From: a virus
Lineage: Duplodnaviria; Heunggongvirae; Uroviricota; Caudoviricetes
DNA: 20,319 nt
Reading direction: 5' to 3' (one strand)
Virus record (IMG/VR): IMGVR_UViG_3300037418_002559
Span: 79,999 to 100,317 of that record
The translations under genes and the position numbers were made by a program. Below the pieces are notes generated by a model that worked only from the letters and a program-made list of their open reading frames with translations, was not told where the DNA came from and did no database searches. This document shows, one piece after another, positions 8,639 through 15,739 of this stretch (its first letter is position 1; each line of letters begins with the position of its first letter).

Positions 8639-9634
8639 TTACCAAATCACCATTGGGCCAGCCCCTACGACTTTGGCCATGGTGGCCAGCTGTTGCCCGT
8701 AGCTTGTCAAACCCCACGCCGCCCAATCTTCCAATGCAGTCAGAGCTTGGTAGCCAACACTCACATCACCAACCGACTTAGACGTCTGTATCCCACCAGC
8801 CAAGCCTTGCGCGGCTATCTGCGCGCCATTAGGAGCGTTGGCTGTAAATGTCTGTGTTTGAACTGGCCACACGGCGTAAAGAGTGTCGTTTGCTATGGTA
8901 GGCGCGGCCAGTGTAATTGTTGCTCCGCTCAGCGTGTAATTAATGCCAGGAGTTTGGAACAAGCCATTCTTAGTTAATGCCTGCAATGCTCCGCCCGGTG
9001 GTGCAGAACTGAGCGTGTACACACTACCCGGCGTAGTGCCCATAGGCACTTCTGAATGCATCGTGGTCTGCAGAGTCTCGAACACTTCGCTGGCGTCAGA
9101 CCGCGCGTACAGTGTGCAGTAATGCGCTATGAACCAGCCCATGGCCACGAACCACTGCTCCTGCCAGCGTGCCTGTACAAGCGATGCGTACGCAAGATTC
9201 AGGTACATCAAAATAACGCCGTTTGGTATGGGAGAAGCTTCGAACACCATGAGTGTGGCGTTGGCAGTGGTCAAAAGCGCCGCGTTGTTGAGCGTAATGG
9301 TGTTGCTTCCAATATCGGTGACTACGGTGCCTTTCGGGAATACGCCCATTGCCTGCACGAATTGGCCGTAGTCCAAGCCAAGTACAGAAGGCACTGTGAC
9401 AACGTTTGATCCTATGACAGTCGCGCAGCCACTTAGCGCCGTCGGCAGCCCAAAGAATTTGGGATAGATGCTTCGGAAGTCGTCTAGATAGTAAGGAGGG
9501 TTCTGACCGAAAACTAAATTCGTCGCGCTGTAGAACGCTCCACAAACAACGCCGAACTCAGCCCCTGCGCCCCACGCGGTCTGCAGCCATGCGTTGAAAT
9601 TTGGGGTGTTCAGATTATTGCAGAAACCGCCCAT
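8639..9634 (-). CDS. Head-tail connector/adaptor (DUF4054-like) with two inserted beta-domains
   Basis: DDFRSIYPKF, GWFIAHYCTL, TSKSVGDVSVGY and W-x-LTSYGQQL core motifs. Probable start is ATG 9634 (AGGAG SD) rather than 9691. Confidence 0.85.
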   Translation of the reverse strand: MGGFCNNLNTPNFNAWLQTAWGAGAEFGVVCGAFYSATNLVFGQNPPYYLDDFRSIYPKFFGLPTALSGCATVIGSNVVTVPSVLGLDYGQFVQAMGVFPKGTVVTDIGSNTITLNNAALLTTANATLMVFEASPIPNGVILMYLNLAYASLVQARWQEQWFVAMGWFIAHYCTLYARSDASEVFETLQTTMHSEVPMGTTPGSVYTLSSAPPGGALQALTKNGLFQTPGINYTLSGATITLAAPTIANDTLYAVWPVQTQTFTANAPNGAQIAAQGLAGGIQTSKSVGDVSVGYQALTALEDWAAWGLTSYGQQLATMAKVVGAGPMVIW

Positions 9635-9657
9635 CAGAGTATCTCCTGTAACAGCGC

Positions 9658-9700
9658 TAAATTCCGCCGGAGCGCAGACAGCAGAGCGCATCCGGCGGAA
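9658..9700 (-). terminator. Possible weak intrinsic terminator or attenuator hairpin
   Basis: 10-bp inverted repeat TTCCGCCGGA (9662-9671) / TCCGGCGGAA (9691-9700) plus an inner GCGC/GCGC stem. Followed on the minus strand by only TTT. Begins 5 nt after the stop of the 129-aa gene. Confidence 0.4.
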
Positions 9701-9705
9701 ATCAC

Positions 9706-10095
9706 TTACTTATTACCGCCACGGCCACCGGCAGCGCGCACGCTACCAACTTTTGGGGCAGGCGCTACTGGCGTCATGGGTTGGCCGCCGAATGGAGCTT
9801 GCGGCACTTCCTTCTGCTCCACTTCTTCGCCTGCCGGATCCTGCGGGCCGACAACATCGGCTGGCTCGTCAGCCACGTCATCAGCCTTGGGATGAACATA
9901 GCCGGGCATCTGTGCTGGTGGCGTGAGGTTGACAATGCTGCCGTCCTTGACCCCGCGCTCGAATGTTGCCGTGCTGGCAACCCAGAAAGGCACTGGCTGC
10001 GGACTGGGTCCTGGCTGGGCCAGGAACTTGCGAGTGCCGTTGTCGTCGCTCTGGACGAAGCACTTCGCACGTTTGAAATATAGTGTCATTGGCAT
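9706..10095 (-). CDS. Capsid-adjacent hypothetical protein (small folded N-domain plus acidic Pro-rich tail)
   Basis: AAGGAG SD. PVPFWVASTATFERGVKDGSIV resembles small proteins encoded just after DUF2184 capsid genes. Confidence 0.6.
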   Translation of the reverse strand: MPMTLYFKRAKCFVQSDDNGTRKFLAQPGPSPQPVPFWVASTATFERGVKDGSIVNLTPPAQMPGYVHPKADDVADEPADVVGPQDPAGEEVEQKEVPQAPFGGQPMTPVAPAPKVGSVRAAGGRGGNK

Positions 10096-10132
10096 TACGG
10101 TATACTCTCCTTGCTACTTTTGGTTGTAGTGC

Positions 10133-10202
10133 TGTGCGGGCAGTAGTCCGCTACACGCCGTTGGCAAGGATCAACGTAGTGTAGCTTCGAACTGCCCGCA
10201 CA
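10133..10202 (-). promoter_or_regulatory. Long interrupted intergenic RNA hairpin after the major capsid gene
   Basis: Nested inverted repeats: 12 bp (10133-10144/10191-10202), 7 bp (10150-10156/10179-10185), 5 bp (10159-10163/10172-10176), with an 8-nt loop and no U-tract. Confidence 0.6.
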
Positions 10203-10224
10203 ACCTCGCTTAGACGGCTACAGC

Positions 10225-11271
10225 TTAGATACCGTCCAAGTAGTAAGCGGTGGTGGTCCGCTTGTAAATGACCTGGCTGATGCAACCGGCGAACATTGTT
10301 TCGTACGCACCGCCTGCGCGGGTCGTCGGGACGGAGAGTGCCTGGATCATCGGCTGTGGAATCTTCAAGTACACCGATTTCTTGGAGTTCTTGTAGAAGA
10401 AGCCACGGTCAAGTCCATTACCGCCAGTGGGGGACCCTGGCGGCAGCGTGTTACCACTACCAGTACCACTGATCCATGGGTTGGGGAGGAAGTTGATCTT
10501 GAAGTCAATCCCGTTATGCGCTGCAACGCAGTTCTTCTCCACGTACTCAATGGTGCTCATTGCAACAGGCGAGCCGCCGATTGCGATGGGCTGAGTAAGT
10601 GTAGCGAACTGGGTGTACGGAATCAGCAAGCGATCGGCCATACCCTCAGCGGCGGAGTAACCGGAGTTCTCCACAGTCTGATTGAGCGCAAAGTTGATGT
10701 CCGCAAGAATTTCCTGCGGCGTCTTTCGCGCCCAAGTGGACGACCCAGCAGCGCCGTTCGGCGCTACCGACTCGAAGATGTTCGGGTTGTTGATCAGTCC
10801 GGGATCGCCAAGGAATCCGGCGTAGACGACGAAGTCCAGCGCCTTGCCCCAGGTGGTCTCGACCGACTCCTCGTAAAGCTCTTGCAAGCTGAACGGGGGA
10901 GCCTGTCCGGTGCGCAGTGCGGTCTCCATGCGGCGCAGGTCAATCCAGGTGATGGTCATTCCCATCGCCCAGTTGTACGTGCGCCAGATGCCCTTCTGGA
11001 TGTCGGCCTGCGCTTCGGGGATCTCCGTGTTGTTGGTACCCTGCAGCCCGTAAAATTGGGTGCCGGTGGATGCGTAGTTGGAAGCGAACGCCGAAATGAA
11101 TTCCGGGAAGCCTCCGCCTACTTCAACAGCGATGTCACGTTTGTGCGTGACAGCCTGCAACGGACGAACTAGGTCCGTGTCGATGAGTTCCAGCTGGCTT
11201 TGGAGGAACGCCAGACCGGATGCGCCCGACGCGTCGAAACCGCGCGAACGATTTGGAATAGTACGCTTCAT
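10225..11271 (-). CDS. Major capsid protein (DUF2184 / encapsulin-like HK97 fold)
   Basis: RGFDASG...LAFLQSQLELID; ALDFVVYAGF...GLINNP; WARKTPQEILADIN...ADRLLIP. AAGGAG SD. Confidence 0.92.
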   Translation of the reverse strand: MKRTIPNRSRGFDASGASGLAFLQSQLELIDTDLVRPLQAVTHKRDIAVEVGGGFPEFISAFASNYASTGTQFYGLQGTNNTEIPEAQADIQKGIWRTYNWAMGMTITWIDLRRMETALRTGQAPPFSLQELYEESVETTWGKALDFVVYAGFLGDPGLINNPNIFESVAPNGAAGSSTWARKTPQEILADINFALNQTVENSGYSAAEGMADRLLIPYTQFATLTQPIAIGGSPVAMSTIEYVEKNCVAAHNGIDFKINFLPNPWISGTGSGNTLPPGSPTGGNGLDRGFFYKNSKKSVYLKIPQPMIQALSVPTTRAGGAYETMFAGCISQVIYKRTTTAYYLDGI

Positions 11272-11285
11272 TGTCTGTGCTCTCC

Positions 11286-12089
11286 TTAGGCCGCGTTACG
11301 AACCTTGATGGTGATTTCGAGGATGTTGTTGCTGTCCAGATGGCCGGTACGTGCGACGACATTGGGCAGCGCCACGAGGTTGCTGAGCGTGATGGGCGTT
11401 CCGCCCGGGATGATAGCCGTGGTGTTCTGGTTGAGCACGATGGCAGTCGTACCGCCACCACTGACGATGTAGCTGCCAGGAGCGATGCCGAAACCGGTCA
11501 CGACCTGCCCATTCTGCGTATTGGCTGCAGAAGCAAGCGTAACCGCAGTACCAATAGCGGCTGCGGTGGCCGTAGTGCTAAACAGGTCGGTGGCAGCTGG
11601 ATTGGTTTCCCAATCTCCGATGACACCAGCAGGCACAGCTCCGTTGAGAACGACGCGTGTGTAAACCTGCGCCTCCGCCAGTGGCGCACCAACGCTCAAC
11701 AGAATGGTCCCATTACCGCGCTCCAGCACTTCGGACATCTGCTCGTTGGCGTAGTAGCCAACTTGCTGGATGCCTGGCTGCTGTCCAGCCGGGTAGGTGA
11801 GCTGAGTTTTAACCTCGCGCACTGCCATGCCAGCGAACGCCGAAGCGACGAGCGCAATGCCAGCAGCCGAATGTCCTACGAGGTCGGCCACCGAGGTAAC
11901 TGCACCGCCGCCGTTGCCGACGCCGGGAAGGATGACCGCAGGGTCTCCGAAGTTAAGATTGTTGGTTGCGGTGTACGGAATGAACTGACGCGCCATGATG
12001 ACGCGCTCGCCGAAGCGGCTAACCGTACCTTGGAAGCCGTTATTCGGCCCTGTCACATTGATGACTTGGCCGAAGCTGAACTGTGGCAT
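11286..12089 (-). CDS. Capsid decoration/cement protein with an inserted beta-domain
   Basis: Lies between scaffold and capsid. NNGFQGTVSR, LNFGDPAV, FAGMAVREVK and VLERG motifs. TAATG coupling with the upstream gene. Confidence 0.75.
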   Translation of the reverse strand: MPQFSFGQVINVTGPNNGFQGTVSRFGERVIMARQFIPYTATNNLNFGDPAVILPGVGNGGGAVTSVADLVGHSAAGIALVASAFAGMAVREVKTQLTYPAGQQPGIQQVGYYANEQMSEVLERGNGTILLSVGAPLAEAQVYTRVVLNGAVPAGVIGDWETNPAATDLFSTTATAAAIGTAVTLASAANTQNGQVVTGFGIAPGSYIVSGGGTTAIVLNQNTTAIIPGGTPITLSNLVALPNVVARTGHLDSNNILEITIKVRNAA

Positions 12090-12985
12090 TATTTGCCTCC
12101 TTTATGGGCGGTGTTGTAGAACTCCTGCATCTTGCTGATCGGATCTGCCTTGCCAGCGTCCGTAGCGCGAGTGCGGTCAGTGGGATTGGGACTACGGCCA
12201 GCTTTGTCACGCGCACGTGCCGAGGAGGCAAACGCACCGTAACTTCCGGTCGAAGTACGGCTAGACTTCTTTACAGAATCGAGCGCGCGGTTGAATGTAG
12301 CCTGGAACGCCTTGTCGTTGGAGCGAGCTGCGAAAGGACGAATCATGCGCAGTACGGCTGTGGCCGCGTCTGCCGCACGTGCACGATCGGACGCCTTACC
12401 CTTGTCACTGGCTACTTCCACGTCCTCCTGATCATCGTCGGAGTCGGGATCTGGGCTTTCGCCCTCCTCATCCATGGCCTCTTCGCCGCTGGCTTCCATT
12501 GACTCGCCGGGGCATTCCTCACCGTCGTGCGCCTTGCCACATTCTGCGCACGGCTCTTCGTCGTCCGCCTCGCCAGCAAGTACAGCTTCCAGCTCCGACG
12601 GATCAACTTCGGGATCGTCGTCATTCGCAGCATGCTCCGCCTCGCCTTCTTCCTCAGAAAGGAATTCGTCGAGAAGAGTTTTCAAAGCCTCGATGTTGGC
12701 GTCCTTGGCTTTCGCATCCTTGGCACGCGCGTCCAGAGCACGATCCAGCGCGCGCGCCAGTGCATCGTGCGCCCGATTGCTGTCCTCTGCTTTGAACTCA
12801 TTTTCCTTGAGCGCAGCCGGCACTTCGCCGTCCTTGCTGCGCGCATCTTCGGCGTTGGGTTCTTCCGGCTCGTGCAGAGCCTCCGCCGCCTCCATGATCT
12901 TCTCAGGGTCGGCATCCGTGGCTCGCGCCATCTCGATGATATGCTTTCCCATGAAAAGACGAAGCAGTTTGTTGGGTTTTGCCAC
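12089..12985 (-). CDS. Putative nested in-frame scaffold protein (298 aa) from an internal GTG
   Basis: TAAGGAG (12995-13001) lies 9 nt before an in-frame GTG at 12985 (codon 250), at the linker/scaffold boundary. Confidence 0.6.
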   Translation of the reverse strand: MAKPNKLLRLFMGKHIIEMARATDADPEKIMEAAEALHEPEEPNAEDARSKDGEVPAALKENEFKAEDSNRAHDALARALDRALDARAKDAKAKDANIEALKTLLDEFLSEEEGEAEHAANDDDPEVDPSELEAVLAGEADDEEPCAECGKAHDGEECPGESMEASGEEAMDEEGESPDPDSDDDQEDVEVASDKGKASDRARAADAATAVLRMIRPFAARSNDKAFQATFNRALDSVKKSSRTSTGSYGAFASSARARDKAGRSPNPTDRTRATDAGKADPISKMQEFYNTAHKGGK

Positions 12986-13732
12986 GGGTTGCTTCTCCTT
13001 ATTTGGTTTGAAATTGATTGCTATTGGTGGGTACGCTGGAAGGGCTTCGATAACTTCCGCCACTGGCGCAGGTTGTACATCTATTGGTAAACTTGTGTTG
13101 TCCTCGGGCGCAGCGTCTTCGATGCGCACAAGATCACCCGCGCGACCGCTCGGCACCACGGCATTGTGGTTCCCGAGCATGTTGCACTGGATGATTTTTT
13201 CGCCGTCGCGTTCAATGCCGAAGTCGTAGCCAAGACTGAGCTCGCGCGCCGCCTTGCTGCGAACCTTGCCAATGAGCGGCTCAGCGCTGATAACGAGATC
13301 GGCGATGATAGGCCATTCACCGTCCTCCAGCGGCTCCGTGCCCTTGCGGACATTCTGGATGTGCCCCTTGGCGTACTTGTTGAAGTTCTCTGGATCGACG
13401 AACTCACCACCGGGCGGGTGACCGTCGGTGATGGGCTTGCCGTTGAGCGAGGCCAGGAACTCTGGGTTGAACACCTCGCTCGCAGGTCGGTAGAGCTCGA
13501 TGGACGCCTCCGGGTTGCTGATGTCCACACCAAGATCGGCGGCGCGCTGCTGCGGCAGATCCTTGACGGCGTACTTCTGCCAGCCGGTGCGAGCTATCGG
13601 GCAGCCGACGACGACGAGGTAGCCCTCGTCCGTCATGTGGATGTTGTCGGTGAGCGGGCTGGCGAGGTAGCCGTGCGGGCTGCGCGTCGCGGGCAGCACC
13701 TCCAGGTCTTCCAACTCCTCGGTGTCGATCAT
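12089..13732 (-). CDS. Prohead maturation protease (DUF2213-like) fused to a scaffold domain
   Basis: GYLVVVGCPIARTG, PITDGHP (H105), RELSLGY (S166), NHNAVVPSGRAG, followed by an acidic/helical scaffold. ATGA overlap with the upstream gene. Confidence 0.92.
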   Translation of the reverse strand: MIDTEELEDLEVLPATRSPHGYLASPLTDNIHMTDEGYLVVVGCPIARTGWQKYAVKDLPQQRAADLGVDISNPEASIELYRPASEVFNPEFLASLNGKPITDGHPPGGEFVDPENFNKYAKGHIQNVRKGTEPLEDGEWPIIADLVISAEPLIGKVRSKAARELSLGYDFGIERDGEKIIQCNMLGNHNAVVPSGRAGDLVRIEDAAPEDNTSLPIDVQPAPVAEVIEALPAYPPIAINFKPNKEKQPVAKPNKLLRLFMGKHIIEMARATDADPEKIMEAAEALHEPEEPNAEDARSKDGEVPAALKENEFKAEDSNRAHDALARALDRALDARAKDAKAKDANIEALKTLLDEFLSEEEGEAEHAANDDDPEVDPSELEAVLAGEADDEEPCAECGKAHDGEECPGESMEASGEEAMDEEGESPDPDSDDDQEDVEVASDKGKASDRARAADAATAVLRMIRPFAARSNDKAFQATFNRALDSVKKSSRTSTGSYGAFASSARARDKAGRSPNPTDRTRATDAGKADPISKMQEFYNTAHKGGK

Positions 13733-15417
13733 ACCGGCAGCACCTCCCTGCTGTCCTTTGCGCGCGCCCTATCCTTCAGCTCGTGCTTTATGTCTTCGAT
13801 GTCTTCCTCTATTTGGCGCGTGTTGCCGCCGTACTGCGGCTTTCCCATCGTCCGCGCGTCCTTCAGCGCTTTTTCAAGGTCGACAAGGGTGCTGCGCAGA
13901 GCGGACTCGCTCCATTCGCGAGTATTCGCTATGTCCTTGGCACGTCCAGCAGCGGCCTTCTTGGCCATGCCAGCAGCGCCGTACTTCTTGCGCCCGATGG
14001 AGGCCGCCAGCGCGCCGGGCTCGGCGACGCCCTTCTCATGACTGAGTTCGCCCTTGAGCTTGGCGAAGCCCTCGTGTTCGTCGGTCGCCTTTCCATTGCG
14101 GTACAACTTCGCACATTTGGGGCTTTTGTCTAGGTGCGCTTGTAGCTGCTTCGAGTCTGCAAATACTTTCGAGCACCCAGCGCATTGTACGCGTGCGTAG
14201 CTGATGTCGCCGATGCGCACTCTACCCGGCAGCACCTTAGTTCCGCGCACCGTGACCGATTCCCCAGCCCTTGTGCGCTCGATCGCCACGCGAATCGCGG
14301 TGTCCGCTGAGTCGCAGACGCTCACCTTGCCGCGACCGGGATGCGTGTACTGCTGCGCGAACCTGGCCTGACAGGCCTCGATGCCGTCGCGCGCCTTGGT
14401 CTCGTTGGCGGCGTCACCGGCGCGGCGGTAGCCGGAAGCGGCTGCGCGGTAGCTGTCCAGCGCGCGCGCGCGGTCGCCCGCAATCTCGTACTGGACGGCC
14501 CGCGTCATGTGGTCTTGCGGCTCGGAGCCGGAGGTCTGTAGCGGCAGCGTGGCGATGTTGTCGCCAGCCTTGGCGAATCTACCTCGGTCGCGCGCGCCGC
14601 GCGAAGCGTAGGTCGCTTCGCCGTTCTCCGTCGGCAGCGGCACCAGATTGCTGGTCTTGACGGCTATGGGTAGCACGTCCTTGCCGCGCCGCTTCAGTGC
14701 CTCGCGCGCTTTCTCCTGCCGCGCGTTCTTGTCCAATTTAGCCCAATCGGACTCGCTGATACCGAGCGCCGCGCGAACCTCGTCCGCCTGTATGTCCTTC
14801 GCCTTCATGTCTGCAGCCTTTCCAGCGCGCTCGAAGAACGCGCAAACGTCGTGCTCGTGTACTATAGGCAGCCCTGCACCGTTCTTGGGCTGCTTGCTGC
14901 TTTTGACCATGGTTGGTTGGTCGCAGCCACTGTCCTTGGCCATGTATTTGCAGTGCTCGCAGTCGCGCGCGCCTACTCCGCCGCCCTTCTCGAACCCGGT
15001 GACCGGCTCGGCGGAGTCCTGCGACTTGGTGACTCCAGCCTCGTGCTTCTTCAGCGCCACGGCGCGCTCCGGGTCGCCGACAGGCTGGAGTTCGTCCTTG
15101 GTGCGCGCTGCCTCGTAATACGCCAGTATCTCCTTGGCATTGACCGGATCAGCCGCCTTGACGAATTCCGCGAACGTATTCTTACGGCCTGCCTTTAAGT
15201 ACGCCGCCGTAAGATCTTTGAGGCTTCGCGCCAGGGCTGCGCTGGTTTTCGAACCGCGTGGATTCTTCGGCCCGAAGCCCTTGAGCTTGGTGTAGTCGAA
15301 GTCCCTGCCCCGCGCCTTGCTCAACGCGATGGCTACGGCCTGCTTGTGAGGCTTGCCAGCCGCCTGCTCAACCTCAATGTTGTGGCCGATGTTCTTCTTA
15401 CCCGCCAGTAGCGGCAT
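13729..15417 (-). CDS. 562-aa multi-module head-associated protein (candidate polyprotein)
   Basis: Probable start ATG 15417 (GGGAG SD). The N-terminal NIGHNI...GKPHKQAVAIALSKA peptide resembles a small domain common in phage head modules. It is followed by a 4-Cys module, helical modules and a C2HC zinc-finger-like motif. Confidence 0.75.
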   Translation of the reverse strand: MPLLAGKKNIGHNIEVEQAAGKPHKQAVAIALSKARGRDFDYTKLKGFGPKNPRGSKTSAALARSLKDLTAAYLKAGRKNTFAEFVKAADPVNAKEILAYYEAARTKDELQPVGDPERAVALKKHEAGVTKSQDSAEPVTGFEKGGGVGARDCEHCKYMAKDSGCDQPTMVKSSKQPKNGAGLPIVHEHDVCAFFERAGKAADMKAKDIQADEVRAALGISESDWAKLDKNARQEKAREALKRRGKDVLPIAVKTSNLVPLPTENGEATYASRGARDRGRFAKAGDNIATLPLQTSGSEPQDHMTRAVQYEIAGDRARALDSYRAAASGYRRAGDAANETKARDGIEACQARFAQQYTHPGRGKVSVCDSADTAIRVAIERTRAGESVTVRGTKVLPGRVRIGDISYARVQCAGCSKVFADSKQLQAHLDKSPKCAKLYRNGKATDEHEGFAKLKGELSHEKGVAEPGALAASIGRKKYGAAGMAKKAAAGRAKDIANTREWSESALRSTLVDLEKALKDARTMGKPQYGGNTRQIEEDIEDIKHELKDRARAKDSREVLPV

Positions 15418-15428
15418 TGTCGTTCTCC

Positions 15429-15737
15429 CTAGACTGCTGCGGTCAGTGCGCCGGTTGCGAGGTTGACGGTGGACGTGTTGCCCGGCCCTCCCGCCGCTAC
15501 TCCGGCGATGTTGGTGGCTCCGCTCACGGTGAGCCATTCTGTCTGTCCGGCCAGGATGGTGACGCCGGTGGACTGCGTAACGGTGGTTGTGCCGTCACCC
15601 AACATGACCGTGATGTGGCATGGCCCCAGGTTGGCTACGCGCAGCACCGCGCCGGAGCCGGGAAGTGCGATGTTGGTGGACGCGAAGCCGAAACTGGTGC
15701 CTTGCGCGGCGCTTACGCTGAAAGATCCTGCTGCCAT
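15429..15737 (-). CDS. Small all-beta protein, probable minor virion/capsid surface protein
   Basis: 102 aa, AAGGAG SD, alternating beta pattern (LRVANLGPCHITVMLG...GVTILAGQTEWLTV), Gly/Thr/Ala-rich. Confidence 0.55.
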   Translation of the reverse strand: MAAGSFSVSAAQGTSFGFASTNIALPGSGAVLRVANLGPCHITVMLGDGTTTVTQSTGVTILAGQTEWLTVSGATNIAGVAAGGPGNTSTVNLATGALTAAV

Positions 15738-15739
15738 GA

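Noticed and set aside
9635-9691. Longer connector start at 9691
   Set aside because: It lies inside the hairpin. ATG 9634 has a proper AGGAG SD.
10142-10191. AGUA/GAA loop-E-like motif in the capsid-downstream hairpin
   Set aside because: It appears only on the non-transcribed strand, and the register conflicts with the 12-bp stem.
13692-13747. 12-bp direct repeat GGCAGCACCTCC (13692-13703 and 13736-13747)
   Set aside because: It simply encodes EVLP twice, and one copy doubles as the protease SD. It is covered at the protein level and is not a mobile-element footprint.
15418-15537. 602-aa version of the multi-module protein starting at 15537
   Set aside because: It overlaps the 102-aa gene out of frame. 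ATG 15417 has a GGGAG SD and begins a recognisable domain.
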